A stretch of DNA of 64,000 bases from an uncultured Opitutales bacterium (GTDB lineage Bacteria > Verrucomicrobiota > Verrucomicrobiia > Opitutales > Intestinicryptomonadaceae): assembly GCA_934613645.1 (NCBI GenBank), contig CAKTTC010000001.1:214751-278750 (forward strand), read 5' to 3'. Positions 1 to 8,892 of this stretch are shown piece after piece (position 1 is the first letter of the stretch; the number at the start of each line of letters is the position of its first letter). Under the pieces are notes generated by a model that was given only the letters and a program-made list of their open reading frames with translations, ran no database searches and had not been told where the DNA came from. The translations under genes and the position numbers were made by a program.

Positions 1-412
1 GCTTTGTGCGCGCCCTGTAGACGCTGCCCGAAACCGACACCTGCGGATAATACGCCGAGTTCGCCTTCCCCAGCGACGCCGCGTATGATTTGGCCTGAAA
101 CCAGTATGTGCGCGTAGACGTGTTGTTTTCAAGCGCGATGTCTATTAAATCGACAAGCGCGAGCGGCTCGCCCGCCGCGATTTTGTCGGTTGCGCGCACG
201 AAACGCTTTTCGGGCTTTGCCGATTTCGCGTCTTCGGCGGAGAGTATTTTGTCGGTCTTGATTTGCTCGGGCGAAAGCGTTTCCGCGGGCATTGCCTCCG
301 ACGCCGCCTTCCAGTAGACGAACGGTTTTTCCGCCGTCTGTTCGTCAACGTCGACGCACCCGAACAGTGCGCCGCACGCGCACGCTCCTAACAATAAAAT
401 TCTGTTTTTCAT
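1..412 (-). CDS. Outer-membrane efflux factor (TolC/NodT-family lipoprotein), N-terminal part only; continues past the left edge
   Basis: Absent from the ORF track because it stays open to position 1. Manual translation from ATG at 412 gives MKNRILLLGACACGALFGCVDVDEQ (signal peptide plus lipobox LFGC). It continues PLALVDLIDIALENNTSTRTYWFQAKSYAASLGKANSAYYPQVS, typical of OMF N-terminal repeats. The start lies 7 nt downstream of the RND pump stop. Confidence 0.75.
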   Translation of the reverse strand, partial: MKNRILLLGACACGALFGCVDVDEQTAEKPFVYWKAASEAMPAETLSPEQIKTDKILSAEDAKSAKPEKRFVRATDKIAAGEPLALVDLIDIALENNTSTRTYWFQAKSYAASLGKANSAYYPQVSVSGSVYRARTK

Positions 413-419
413 AACGCTG

Positions 420-3400
420 CTATTGTTGGTTGGGGTTATACATTTCGCCGCGCGCAAAGAACGGGATTTTGTCGAGAACGCGCCTTTGCAGCCAGTCGAA
501 CCACAGGTAGATTACGGGGGTTATGTAAAGCGTTATCACCTGCGAGAACAGCAGTCCGCCCACGACAACCACGCCCAGCGGAATGCGGCTTTCGGAGTCG
601 GCTTCGCCCCAGCCGAGGGCAATGGGCAGCATACCCATAAACGCCGCAAATGTTGTCATGATAATCGGGCGGAAACGCTCCATGCAGGCTTCGTGAACGG
701 CGTCGGCGGGCGACATTCCCGAAGACTCGCGCATAATTGCAAAGTCAATCATCATAATGCCGTTCTTTTTGACTATGCCCATAAGCATAAATATGCCGAT
801 TGCCGAGTAGATTGAAAGCTCCATATCAAACAGCCACAAACTGCCCAAACCGCCCACAACTGCAATCGGCAGAGCCGACAGCACCGTAAGCGGGTGCACG
901 TAGCTTTCGTAGAGAATGCCCAAAATAACATACATTACAAACAACGCCACAAAGATGAGCAGGATAAGGCTGTTCATTGTTTCGGTGAACGTTACGGCCT
1001 CGCCGATGAACCGCCCGTCTACGTTGTGGGGCAGCGTCTGTTTTGCCACTTCGTTGACCCACTTTACAACGTCGCCGATTGCCACGCCTTCTTTGAGGTC
1101 GAAGAAGATTGTAACCGACGGGAAGTTGTCGATGTGGTTGATTGCAATGGGCGCAAGCCCCTCCTTTATCGAAGAGATTGTCCCGAACGGAATCAGCCCC
1201 GAAAGCGAATACGCCGCGTCGGCTTCCGCGCCGCCGCCCGAGAGCGTCCGCACAGGGTATCCGCCCGTAAGCGTTGCGTCGGCGGTGAAGTTGAGCGAAT
1301 CGAGGTTTTCCGCAAAGGAGCTGTTTGCAAAGTTCGCCTCCATAATCGACCAATACTGCTGGAACGGCGATTTAATCAGGTAGAAATACGATTTTGCAAA
1401 CGCGTCCCTAAACACGTTTGAATAGTTATTGACCGACAACCCCAACATTGCCGCCTTTTCGCGATACGGCGAAAGTGTTATTTGGGGATTGTCCAGATAC
1501 AGGTCGGTCTGTATGTTTGAGAAAAAGTCGCTTCTGCGCTCGGAGAGTTTGCCCATGAGCTTTTGCGCCGCCGCATACAGCTGTTCCTGATTCATCGAAG
1601 TCATCGCGTAGGCGTATTTGCCCTGCTGCGTGCTTGTTGCACCCGTGGAAATTTTGAGTGTAGGCTGCGGGGCGAATGCCGAAATTACCCCCGGAAGCAT
1701 AGCCACGCGGGCGTTTACGGAGTTTGCAACCTCCTCAATCGGCGGACGCTTTTTCTTGTCTTCCAGAACGACGAAGCCGAAGCCCATGTTCTGGTTGATG
1801 AACGCCGACACGCCCGAGACAAGCACGAAGTTCTGAACGCCCTTCGTTGTTTTGAGAATCTGTTCAACCTGCTTTTGCGCCTGCCCCACTTCCTTTGGCG
1901 AAGACTTTGTGTTGGTTATGAACACGCCCTCCATAAAGCCGCTGTCGCCCGTGGGGAAGAAAATCTGCGGAAGCACCGAGAAGAAGTAATACACGCCGTA
2001 GAAGCAGAGCGCGATTATTGCCGCCGCCAGAACGTGCCGCTTCAAGAACCAAGTAAGCGTAGGGTTGTAGAAGCGCAGGAACGCGCCCTCAAGGCGGGCT
2101 GCAGTGCGCTCGATGGGCGTTTTGTCGGCCATATTTTTGGTGCGGCGGTGAATCACGCGCGAGCACATCAGCGGCGTGAGAGTCAGACTCACAACGCCCG
2201 ACATCAGCGTAGCCACGATAATCGTAATTGAAAATTCCTTGAACACGCGCCCCGTAATGCCGCTCATAAACACGAGCGGTATGAATACCGCCGCCAGCGA
2301 GAGCGTCATACTCAAAATTGTAAACGAAATTTCCTTTGCCGATTTGAACGTTGCAATCTTAGGGCTTTCGCCGAAATCCTCCATTCGGCGGACGGTATTT
2401 TCAAGGAACACGATGGCGTCGTCAACCAAGAAGCCGATTGCCATTGTAAGCCCCATCAGCGACAAATTGTTTATGGAAAATCCGAACAAATACATAAACA
2501 CGAACGTCAGCACTATTGAAAACGGAAGCGCGAACGTCGGAATAAGCGTGTCTCTGAATCTGCCCAAGAACATAAAGATTACAAAGACAACAAGCACAAA
2601 CGCTATAAGCAGCGTTTCCTTTACGTCTTCGATGTTGGAAACAATCAGCTGTGAGCGGTCGTAAAACTCCACGATTTTTATGGTGTCGGGCAGCTCTTCC
2701 TCGAACTTTTTCATCATCTTTTTGATGTTCTTGACCGTCGAAACCGCGTTGCCGTCGGCGCGCTTTCTTATGCCCATTGCTATTGCCGAGTAGGAGTCGT
2801 CAAGAGCCAAGCTCTTCGAGAAAATCGAGAAATTCAGCGTATCGTATTGGATTGAGTTTACCGCCTTTGCGATGTCGCGCAGGTAAATCGGCGAACCGTC
2901 CTTGAAGCCGATTGTCAGGTTTTCGTAGTCCGACGCGTCGGAAAGCTGCGTGTTCGGGAAAAGCACGAACTGCGAAGTCGGGCCCTGAATATTGCCCGTT
3001 CCCGTCATGTTCGTCGAAACCGCAAGCGCGGCCTTCAGCTGGGTTGTGGTGTAGCCGAGGTTGTAGAGCTTTTTGGTGTCAACCTCTATGCGGACTGCGC
3101 GCGGAGACGCGTATACATCGACTTTCGAAACGCCGTCAACCATATTCAGCTGCTGCGCCACCTGCGAGAACGCGTAGTCGTAAAGGTCGGCGAGCGTCAT
3201 TCCGTTGGAGATTGTCGAAACGATATAAATGGGCATATCGTTCGGGTTGTCCTTGGTGAAGGACGGGGGCGAAGGCAGATCGGAGGGAAGATTCCCCATT
3301 GCGCGCTGGATTGCGCTTTGCACGTCGGTTGCCGCCGCGTCGATATCCTTGCTGAGCGAAAACTGCAACACAAGCGAGCTTGCCCCGAACGAGTTGCGGC

Positions 3401-3686
3401 TTGTTATCATCTCGATTCCGGGGATTTGCATGAACTGCTGCTCAAGTGGCGACGCCACGTTTGACGCCATAACCGTCGGGTCTGCCCCCGGATACGACGC
3501 CGTAACCTGAATTACGGGATAGTCAACCCCGGGAAGGTCGTTTACGGGCATTTGCGTATACGCAAACACGCCGAAGAACGCGGAGGCGACAGCCAACAAA
3601 ACCGTCATCACTGGGCGGTTTATGAATATGTCGGAAATCGAGCCGAACCCGCGCGAATTTTCGTCGTTATTTTGATTCTCGGGCAT
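420..3686 (-). CDS. RND multidrug efflux pump, inner-membrane permease (AcrB/MexB HAE1 type)
   Basis: 1088 aa. N-terminus ISDIFINRPVMTVLLAVASAFFGVFAYTQMPVNDLPGVDYPVIQV and a 12-TM layout with two large periplasmic loops. Flanked by MFP and OMF genes. ATG start confirmed. Confidence 0.92.
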   Translation of the reverse strand: MPENQNNDENSRGFGSISDIFINRPVMTVLLAVASAFFGVFAYTQMPVNDLPGVDYPVIQVTASYPGADPTVMASNVASPLEQQFMQIPGIEMITSRNSFGASSLVLQFSLSKDIDAAATDVQSAIQRAMGNLPSDLPSPPSFTKDNPNDMPIYIVSTISNGMTLADLYDYAFSQVAQQLNMVDGVSKVDVYASPRAVRIEVDTKKLYNLGYTTTQLKAALAVSTNMTGTGNIQGPTSQFVLFPNTQLSDASDYENLTIGFKDGSPIYLRDIAKAVNSIQYDTLNFSIFSKSLALDDSYSAIAMGIRKRADGNAVSTVKNIKKMMKKFEEELPDTIKIVEFYDRSQLIVSNIEDVKETLLIAFVLVVFVIFMFLGRFRDTLIPTFALPFSIVLTFVFMYLFGFSINNLSLMGLTMAIGFLVDDAIVFLENTVRRMEDFGESPKIATFKSAKEISFTILSMTLSLAAVFIPLVFMSGITGRVFKEFSITIIVATLMSGVVSLTLTPLMCSRVIHRRTKNMADKTPIERTAARLEGAFLRFYNPTLTWFLKRHVLAAAIIALCFYGVYYFFSVLPQIFFPTGDSGFMEGVFITNTKSSPKEVGQAQKQVEQILKTTKGVQNFVLVSGVSAFINQNMGFGFVVLEDKKKRPPIEEVANSVNARVAMLPGVISAFAPQPTLKISTGATSTQQGKYAYAMTSMNQEQLYAAAQKLMGKLSERRSDFFSNIQTDLYLDNPQITLSPYREKAAMLGLSVNNYSNVFRDAFAKSYFYLIKSPFQQYWSIMEANFANSSFAENLDSLNFTADATLTGGYPVRTLSGGGAEADAAYSLSGLIPFGTISSIKEGLAPIAINHIDNFPSVTIFFDLKEGVAIGDVVKWVNEVAKQTLPHNVDGRFIGEAVTFTETMNSLILLIFVALFVMYVILGILYESYVHPLTVLSALPIAVVGGLGSLWLFDMELSIYSAIGIFMLMGIVKKNGIMMIDFAIMRESSGMSPADAVHEACMERFRPIIMTTFAAFMGMLPIALGWGEADSESRIPLGVVVVGGLLFSQVITLYITPVIYLWFDWLQRRVLDKIPFFARGEMYNPNQQ

Positions 3687-3701
3687 TTGAAAGCCTTTCG
3701 C

Positions 3702-4985
3702 CTATTTTTGCGTTTTTGCGCCGTTGTCGGCTTCCGCCTGCTTGTTTTGTTTGCCCGCAAGTTTTGCCAGATACTGTGCCCTCGCTTCGTCGGCTATTTT
3801 CGTGGCGTTTTGCATAAATGCGCCTATTGCCTGCGGCGTAGCCAGCAACTTGCCGTCCGCGCCGATTATCGCGCCGTTGTCGGCGGCTTCGTAGACGAAC
3901 GGCCCCGCCTGCAAGCGCAGCTGGCTTACGCGCTTGACGATTTTTTCGCCGTCTTTAAGCCCCGTAACCGCGCGTTTTTCGCCGAAGAGCTGCCCCTTCT
4001 TGACGTATTTCATCGCCACGCTGTAAACGCCGTCTTTCATCGGGGTTACCGCGTAGACGAACGCGCCCGCGGCGTTGAGCTGGACGCAGATGTCGGGGAC
4101 GAGCGTAATGTTCTCGAGCTTTTCGAGGTTCACTTTTACGCGGACGGGCTGATTCGGCCAAAAGAGATTGTCGGAATTTTTGAACGAGCCGCGCAGCACC
4201 GCCGTGCCCGATTCGTATCTGATTTTATTGAGAACCACGTCAACCTGCGCCGAAACTGTGCGCGAGGCGAAATCGTCTTCTATATACGACACGTCAACGG
4301 AGATTTTTCCGCCGTTTTTCGCCATAAAGTCCATAACGTCGTGCAGACGTTGCGACGGAACAACGAAGTCTACGAACAGGTTTTCAACGTTCTCGACAGT
4401 CGTTATAACAGAGCTTCCCGCCGCCACAAAATTACCCGAATTTATGTTGTAAAGCCCCGCTTTGCCGTCGGCGGGAGCTTTGACATCGCACCAGTCGAGG
4501 TTGATTTTCGCGGTATCGACCGCCGCGCGCGCCGTCTCGACAACGCCTTTGTCTACCTCAACTTTGGCGAGCAGCGCATCGAACGTCTGTTTGTCCACAA
4601 AGCCGTCTTTTGCAAGTTTTCTATTGCGCTCAACCGAAAGTTCGTCGATTTTCAACTGGGCATGCGCCTGACGCAGATTTCCCTCAGCCTGCATCAATGC
4701 GGCTTCGAACGGGCGTTTATCAATCACGGCAAGAACATCGCCCTTTTTGACGTTTGCGCCCTGCTTGAATCCGATTGACACAATTTGCCCCGAAACTTGA
4801 GCCACAACGCTGACGCTATGCGACGAAGCTATTGTGCCCATTGTGGAAATGTATTCGCGCACGGGCTCGGCTTTTGCCACCACAAACTGCGCGGGCGTGG
4901 GCGGATACGACGCCTTCACTTCCTCTTTTTTACTGCACCCGACCAACACTGCGGACGCCAACAAAACCACGATATATTTACTCAT
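3702..4985 (-). CDS. RND efflux membrane-fusion (periplasmic adaptor) lipoprotein
   Basis: 427 aa. Lipoprotein signal LLASAVLVGCSKK. Biotinyl-lipoyl-like hairpin region (VSGQIVSIGFKQGANVKKGDVLAVID), a coiled-coil segment and a beta-barrel part. First gene of the MFP-RND-OMF operon. Confidence 0.88.
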   Translation of the reverse strand: MSKYIVVLLASAVLVGCSKKEEVKASYPPTPAQFVVAKAEPVREYISTMGTIASSHSVSVVAQVSGQIVSIGFKQGANVKKGDVLAVIDKRPFEAALMQAEGNLRQAHAQLKIDELSVERNRKLAKDGFVDKQTFDALLAKVEVDKGVVETARAAVDTAKINLDWCDVKAPADGKAGLYNINSGNFVAAGSSVITTVENVENLFVDFVVPSQRLHDVMDFMAKNGGKISVDVSYIEDDFASRTVSAQVDVVLNKIRYESGTAVLRGSFKNSDNLFWPNQPVRVKVNLEKLENITLVPDICVQLNAAGAFVYAVTPMKDGVYSVAMKYVKKGQLFGEKRAVTGLKDGEKIVKRVSQLRLQAGPFVYEAADNGAIIGADGKLLATPQAIGAFMQNATKIADEARAQYLAKLAGKQNKQAEADNGAKTQK

Positions 4986-5049
4986 ATTCTTTATTTTCGG
5001 ACTATTTGTTTTTTAACAAAGGGAGTTTGTTCGCCTCTCTTTCTATGTC

Positions 5050-5178
5050 AAGAAAAAGCGCGTTTTTTACGTTTCCGAAAGCGGCGGCAATCGGCACAGC
5101 CGATGTGCCTTTACTCACTGTTTAAAGTAGAGTTTTTTCTTTAAGCAGTGAACAACATTTGGCATTTAAAGCCGCCGC
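5050..5178 (+). repeat. Structured repeat unit R1 (subtype A)
   Basis: Near-identical to R2 and R3. Contains a T6 box, GAAAGCGGCGGC, hairpin ATCGGC-ACA-GCCGAT inside GGC...GCC, then a second hairpin CACTGTTTAAAG-(11 nt)-CTTTAAGCAGTG, then GGCATTTAAAGCCGCCGC. Confidence 0.85.
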
Positions 5179-5312
5179 AAGAAACGCTCTCGGGCATTTT
5201 TTACATTTCCGAAAGTGGCGGCAATCGGCACAGCCGATGTGCCTTTACTCACAGCTTAAAGTAAAGTTTTTTCTTTAGCCAGTGAACAACATTTGGCATT
5301 TAAAGCCGCCGC
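5179..5312 (+). repeat. Structured repeat unit R2 (subtype A), head-to-tail with R1 (period ~135 nt)
   Basis: AAGAAACGCTCTCGGGCATTTTTTACATTTCCGAAAGTGGCGGCAATCGGCACAGCCGATGTGCCTTTACTCAC... aligns base-for-base with R1 and R3 apart from a few substitutions. A fourth unit starts at 5313 (AAGAAACGCTCTCGGGCAT) and then diverges. Confidence 0.85.
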
Positions 5313-5417
5313 AAGAAACGCTCTCGGGCATCATTCGATTTTATTTCGGACTCACGGGCGTTAAGCCCGCTACGCCTCATAAAATACGAATCCTGCCTCG
5401 AGCCTCGCGCTTTTTAA

Positions 5418-5468
5418 TTTTTTATAATTCCTAAAGTGGCGGCGGCGGGCAAAGCCCGTTCGCCTTTG
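5418..5468 (+). repeat. Degenerate copy of the repeat core (box plus hairpin)
   Basis: TTTTTTATAATTCCTAAAGTGGCGGCGGCGGGC-AAA-GCCCGTTCGCCTTTG. Same box, same GTGGCGGC anchor, and a different but still complementary upper stem (CGGGC/GCCCG). Confidence 0.6.
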
Positions 5469-5528
5469 ATTATTGATTAAAGTAAAGCAACATTGGCTTC
5501 AGGCAATTTGCGCCACTTCCCAACATAT

Positions 5529-5559
5529 AAAAAACGCGGATTGGCGTAGCCAATTCCGC
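5529..5559 (-). terminator. Orphan intrinsic-terminator-like hairpin (minus strand) abutting an inverted repeat box
   Basis: Minus-strand RNA reads GCGGAATTGGC-UAC-GCCAAUCCGC followed by G plus U6 (plus strand 5536-5559 hairpin, A-run 5529-5534). No annotated gene ends here. Confidence 0.45.
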
Positions 5560-5587
5560 TTTGTCTATTCATTAAAGTTGAGAATTA

Positions 5588-5717
5588 AGAAATGCTCTCG
5601 GGCGTTTTTTACGTTTCCGAAAGTGGCGGGCAATCGGCACAGCCGATGTGCCTTTACTCACTGTTTAAAGTAGAGTTTTTTCTTTAAGCAGTGGCAACCT
5701 TTGGCATTTAAAGCCGC
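5588..5717 (+). repeat. Structured repeat unit R3 (subtype A)
   Basis: AAGAAATGCTCTCGGGCGTTTTTTACGTTTCCGAAAGTGGCGGGCAATCGGCACAGCCGATGTGCCTTTACTCACTGTTTAAAGTAGAGTTTTTTCTTTAAGCAGTGGCAAC... is almost identical to R1. Confidence 0.85.
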
Positions 5718-5796
5718 GTTTGGGATAATAAAAACTTTAACCAAAAAACAAAGGGGGGCTCGGCTTTCGTCGAATCACCGCCGCTTACCAAAGGAT

Positions 5797-5857
5797 AAAA
5801 AAAAGCAACGGCGCACAGGCTTTGCCTGCCGCCGTCGGTGCCCAACATATAAAAAAA
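5797..5857 (-). terminator. ppdK intrinsic terminator, built from a minus-orientation copy of the repeat core (subtype B)
   Basis: Directly after the ppdK TAA the sequence reads TTTTTTTATATGTTGGGCACCGAC-GGCGGCAGGC-AAA-GCCTGTGCGCC-GTTGC-T8. This is a 10-bp stem with one bulge, a triloop and an 8-T tail. Confidence 0.75.
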
Positions 5858-8608
5858 TTAGCGAAGTGCCGCCTGAGCCGCCGCCAAACGAGCCACGGGG
5901 ACGCGCGGGGGCGAGCAGGAAACATACTTCAAACCGACTTGGTGGAAGAAGTTGATTGAGTCGGGATCGCCGCCGTGTTCGCCGCAAATGCCGAGCTTGA
6001 TGTCCTTGCGGACGCTTCTGCCCTTTTCGGCGGCAATGCGGACAAGCTGCCCTACGCCGTCAACGTCGATTGAAGCAAACGGATTCTTCGGCAGAATCTC
6101 CAATTCCTTGTATCTGCCGAGGAAAGAACCGGAGTCGTCGCGGCTCATGCCCAGACAGGTCTGGGTGAGGTCGTTCGTGCCGAAGCTGAAGAATTCCGCC
6201 ACTTCCGCGATTTCGTCGGCAGTGAGCGCGCCGCGGGGAACTTCAATCATAGTTCCGAGCATGTAGTCAATCTTGACCTTCTTTTCCTTCATGACCGCCT
6301 CGGCAGTTTCTTTTATGAGCTGCCCCTGATACTTAAGCTCCTGAACGAAACCTACAAGGGGAACCATAATTTCGACCTTTACCTGCCTGCCCTTCTTCGA
6401 CTTCATCACGTTTGCGGCGGCTTCGAAAATTGCGCGCGCCTGCATGCGTGTGATTTCGGGGTAGCTGTTGCCCAAACGGCAGCCGCGGTGGCCGAGCATG
6501 GGGTTGGATTCCTCCAAAGCCTTGCATCTTGCCACGAGAAGCTCGGGGTTGACGTTCATCTTTTCGGCGAGCGCGTTTCTCGACGCGCTGTCGTGCGGGA
6601 GGAATTCGTGCAACGGCGGGTCGAGCAGACGGATTGTAACGGGTAAGCCCTCCATGGCCTTGAAGATTCCCTCGAAGTCTTTTCTCTGGTAGGGGAGAAG
6701 CTTTTTGAGTGCCTTTTCGCGCTCTTCAACGTCGGACGCCAAAATCATCTGGCGGACGGCGTCGATTCTGTCGCCCTCGAAGAACATGTGCTCGGTTCTG
6801 CACAAGCCGATACCCTCCGCGCCGAAGCGGACTGCCGCCTGCGCCTGTTCGGGGCGGTCGGCGTTTGTTCTGATACCGAGCTTGCGGTATTTGTCGGCCC
6901 ACTTCATAACAGTGTCGAAAAGCTGGAACGTGTAGCTTTTGGCGGCCTTCATTTTGCCCGAAAGCACACGGATTACTTCGCTGGGGGCGGTTTCGATTTC
7001 GCCGAGGAAAACTTCGCCCGTGGTGCCGTCAATGGAGATGCTGTCGCCTTCTCTGATGATTACGTCGCCGATTTGCATCAGGTGCTTGTTGTAGTCCATC
7101 TTGATTTCCGAAGCCGCGCAAATGCAGACTTTGCCCATCTGGCGCGCAACCAACGCCGCGTGCGAGCTTACGCCGCCGCGCGATGTCAGAATACCCTCTG
7201 CGGCAATCATACCGCGCAGGTCTTCGGGCGATGTCTCCTCGCGGCAGAGAATGACTTTCTGCCCCTGCGCGTTGAGCATTTCGGCCTTCGACGCCGCGAA
7301 GACAATCGCGCCGCTTGCAGCCCCGGGGCCTGCGGGCAGACCCTTTGTAAGGACTTTCGCCTTTTTGACCGCCGCCGCGTCGAACACGGGAACGAGCAGG
7401 CTCGAGATTGAGTCGGCGGGGATTTTCAGCAGGGCGGTTTTTTCGTTCATGAAGCCCTGCTTGTTCATTTCAACGGCAATGCGGACAGCCGAAAGCCCCG
7501 TGCGTTTGCCGTTGCGCGTCTGGAGCATGTAAAGCTTGTTTTCCTCGATTGTGAATTCGAAGTCCTGCATGTCCTTGAAGTGCTTTTCAAGCTTCCTGCG
7601 GATTGACAGCAGTTCCTTGTAAGCCTTGGGCATTTCCTCGGCGAGCTGCGAAATTTTGTGGGGGGTTCTCACGCCCGCAACAACGTCTTCGCCCTGTGCG
7701 TTGATGAGGTATTCGCCGTAGAAAGAGTTTTCGCCGTTGGCGGGGTCGCGCGTGAAGGCTACGCCCGTGGCGGAAGTGTCGCCCTTGTTGCCGAACACCA
7801 TTGTCTGGACGTTGACCGCCGTGCCCCAGTCGGACGGGATATTGTATTTCTGGCGGTAGATGATTGCGCGTTCGTTCATCCATGAGTTGAACACTGCGCC
7901 GATTGCCCCCCAGAGCTGTTCGCCGACGTCCTGCGGGAATTCGGTTTTTGTTCTCTGTTTGATGAGCTTTTTATAGCGCGAAACAAGTTCCTTCAAATCC
8001 TCCACCGAAAGTTCGGTATCGAGCTTTTTGCCCGTTTCCCTTTTAACGCCCTCCATGACTTCGTGGAAGGGTTCGGCTTCGCTCTCGGTTCTCGCCTGAA
8101 CGCCCATAACTACGTCGCCATACATTTGGATAAAGCGGCGGTAGCAGTCCCAAGCAAAGCGCGGATTGTTTGTTTTGCTTGCCAAACCCGCAACCGTTTT
8201 GTCGTTGAGGCCGAGATTGAGGATTGTGTCCATCATACCGGGCATAGACTCGCGCGCGCCCGAGCGGACCGAGAACAACAGGGGGTCTTTTTCGTCGCCG
8301 AATTTTTTGCCCATCTGCTTTTCGACCGACTCCAACCCCGCCTTGACTTCCGCCGCCAAAGACGTCGGATATTTTCTGCCGTTGTTGTAGAAATACGTGC
8401 AAACTTCGGTTGTGAGGGTGAATCCGGGGGGAACGGGCAGCCCTATGCGCGCCATTTCCGCGAGGTTTGCGCCCTTGCCGCCGAGGAGGTTTCTCATTTT
8501 GGCGTCGCCGTCGGTCTTTTTGCCGAACCAATAGGCGTATTTTACTTTTGCTGTCTTCTTCTTCGCGGCGGAAGAACGCGCCGGAGTTTTTGTTTTTGTA
8601 TTTTTCAT
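5858..8608 (-). CDS. ppdK: Pyruvate, phosphate dikinase
   Basis: 916 aa. [30 protein letters not shown] (ATP-grasp N-domain), the phospho-His swivel motif [19 protein letters not shown], and the C-terminal PEP-utilising TIM barrel ICGEHGGDP. Confidence 0.95.
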   Translation of the reverse strand: MKNTKTKTPARSSAAKKKTAKVKYAYWFGKKTDGDAKMRNLLGGKGANLAEMARIGLPVPPGFTLTTEVCTYFYNNGRKYPTSLAAEVKAGLESVEKQMGKKFGDEKDPLLFSVRSGARESMPGMMDTILNLGLNDKTVAGLASKTNNPRFAWDCYRRFIQMYGDVVMGVQARTESEAEPFHEVMEGVKRETGKKLDTELSVEDLKELVSRYKKLIKQRTKTEFPQDVGEQLWGAIGAVFNSWMNERAIIYRQKYNIPSDWGTAVNVQTMVFGNKGDTSATGVAFTRDPANGENSFYGEYLINAQGEDVVAGVRTPHKISQLAEEMPKAYKELLSIRRKLEKHFKDMQDFEFTIEENKLYMLQTRNGKRTGLSAVRIAVEMNKQGFMNEKTALLKIPADSISSLLVPVFDAAAVKKAKVLTKGLPAGPGAASGAIVFAASKAEMLNAQGQKVILCREETSPEDLRGMIAAEGILTSRGGVSSHAALVARQMGKVCICAASEIKMDYNKHLMQIGDVIIREGDSISIDGTTGEVFLGEIETAPSEVIRVLSGKMKAAKSYTFQLFDTVMKWADKYRKLGIRTNADRPEQAQAAVRFGAEGIGLCRTEHMFFEGDRIDAVRQMILASDVEEREKALKKLLPYQRKDFEGIFKAMEGLPVTIRLLDPPLHEFLPHDSASRNALAEKMNVNPELLVARCKALEESNPMLGHRGCRLGNSYPEITRMQARAIFEAAANVMKSKKGRQVKVEIMVPLVGFVQELKYQGQLIKETAEAVMKEKKVKIDYMLGTMIEVPRGALTADEIAEVAEFFSFGTNDLTQTCLGMSRDDSGSFLGRYKELEILPKNPFASIDVDGVGQLVRIAAEKGRSVRKDIKLGICGEHGGDPDSINFFHQVGLKYVSCSPPRVPVARLAAAQAALR

Positions 8609-8757
8609 AATTTACAATGTTATTGATTGAAAAATGCCGCCGACGCGCGCGGCGCGCCGAAAGCACACGGGCAAAGCATTGCCGTAAATCCCGAAGAGTG
8701 TGGGGATATTCTCCCGACGTTTACGCAATAGTCAAGAAAAATACGGCGTTTTATATG

Positions 8758-8892
8758 CTATTTCTCCTTTTTTTTGCGGGAATCGAGCCTGTCCGATTTG
8801 TCGTCGGAAAGGACTTTGCGCATGCAGAAAAAAAACAGCCCGCCGAAAAGCGACATCGAAACGCACATTGTTATCCAGCCGCCTATTGTCAT
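8758..8892 (-). CDS. Unannotated 44-aa single-TM micro-protein, MetS-like small subunit of the NSS transporter (putative)
   Basis: Below the track's apparent ~60-aa minimum ORF size. ATG at 8892 overlaps the NSS gene TGA (8889-8891) as ATGA. Translation is MTIGGWITMCVSMSLFGGLFFFCMRKVLSDDKSDRLDSRKKKEK: one hydrophobic helix with GG, then a basic tail. Confidence 0.55.
   Translation of the reverse strand: MTIGGWITMCVSMSLFGGLFFFCMRKVLSDDKSDRLDSRKKKEK

Noticed and set aside
3552-4778. 408-aa plus-strand ORF
   Set aside because: It is antisense to the RND adaptor gene. Its composition is Arg/Phe/Val-rich nonsense, and it has no independent start context.
5046-5051. TTGACA hexamer (minus strand) as the -35 element of the efflux-operon promoter
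   Set aside because: No acceptable -10 element lies at 16-19 nt spacing (AAACTC), so the promoter is left unassigned.
5050-5717. Tandem repeats considered as a CRISPR array or integron attC cassette array
   Set aside because: The whole ~134-nt period is conserved, including what would be the spacer. There are no unique spacers, no cas genes, no intI, no cassette ORFs and no GTTRRRY core sites.
5701-5955. 84-aa plus-strand ORF bridging repeat unit R3 and the ppdK 3' end
   Set aside because: It runs through a repeat, a terminator and antisense ppdK, has a basic low-complexity product, and its frame is not conserved between repeat units.
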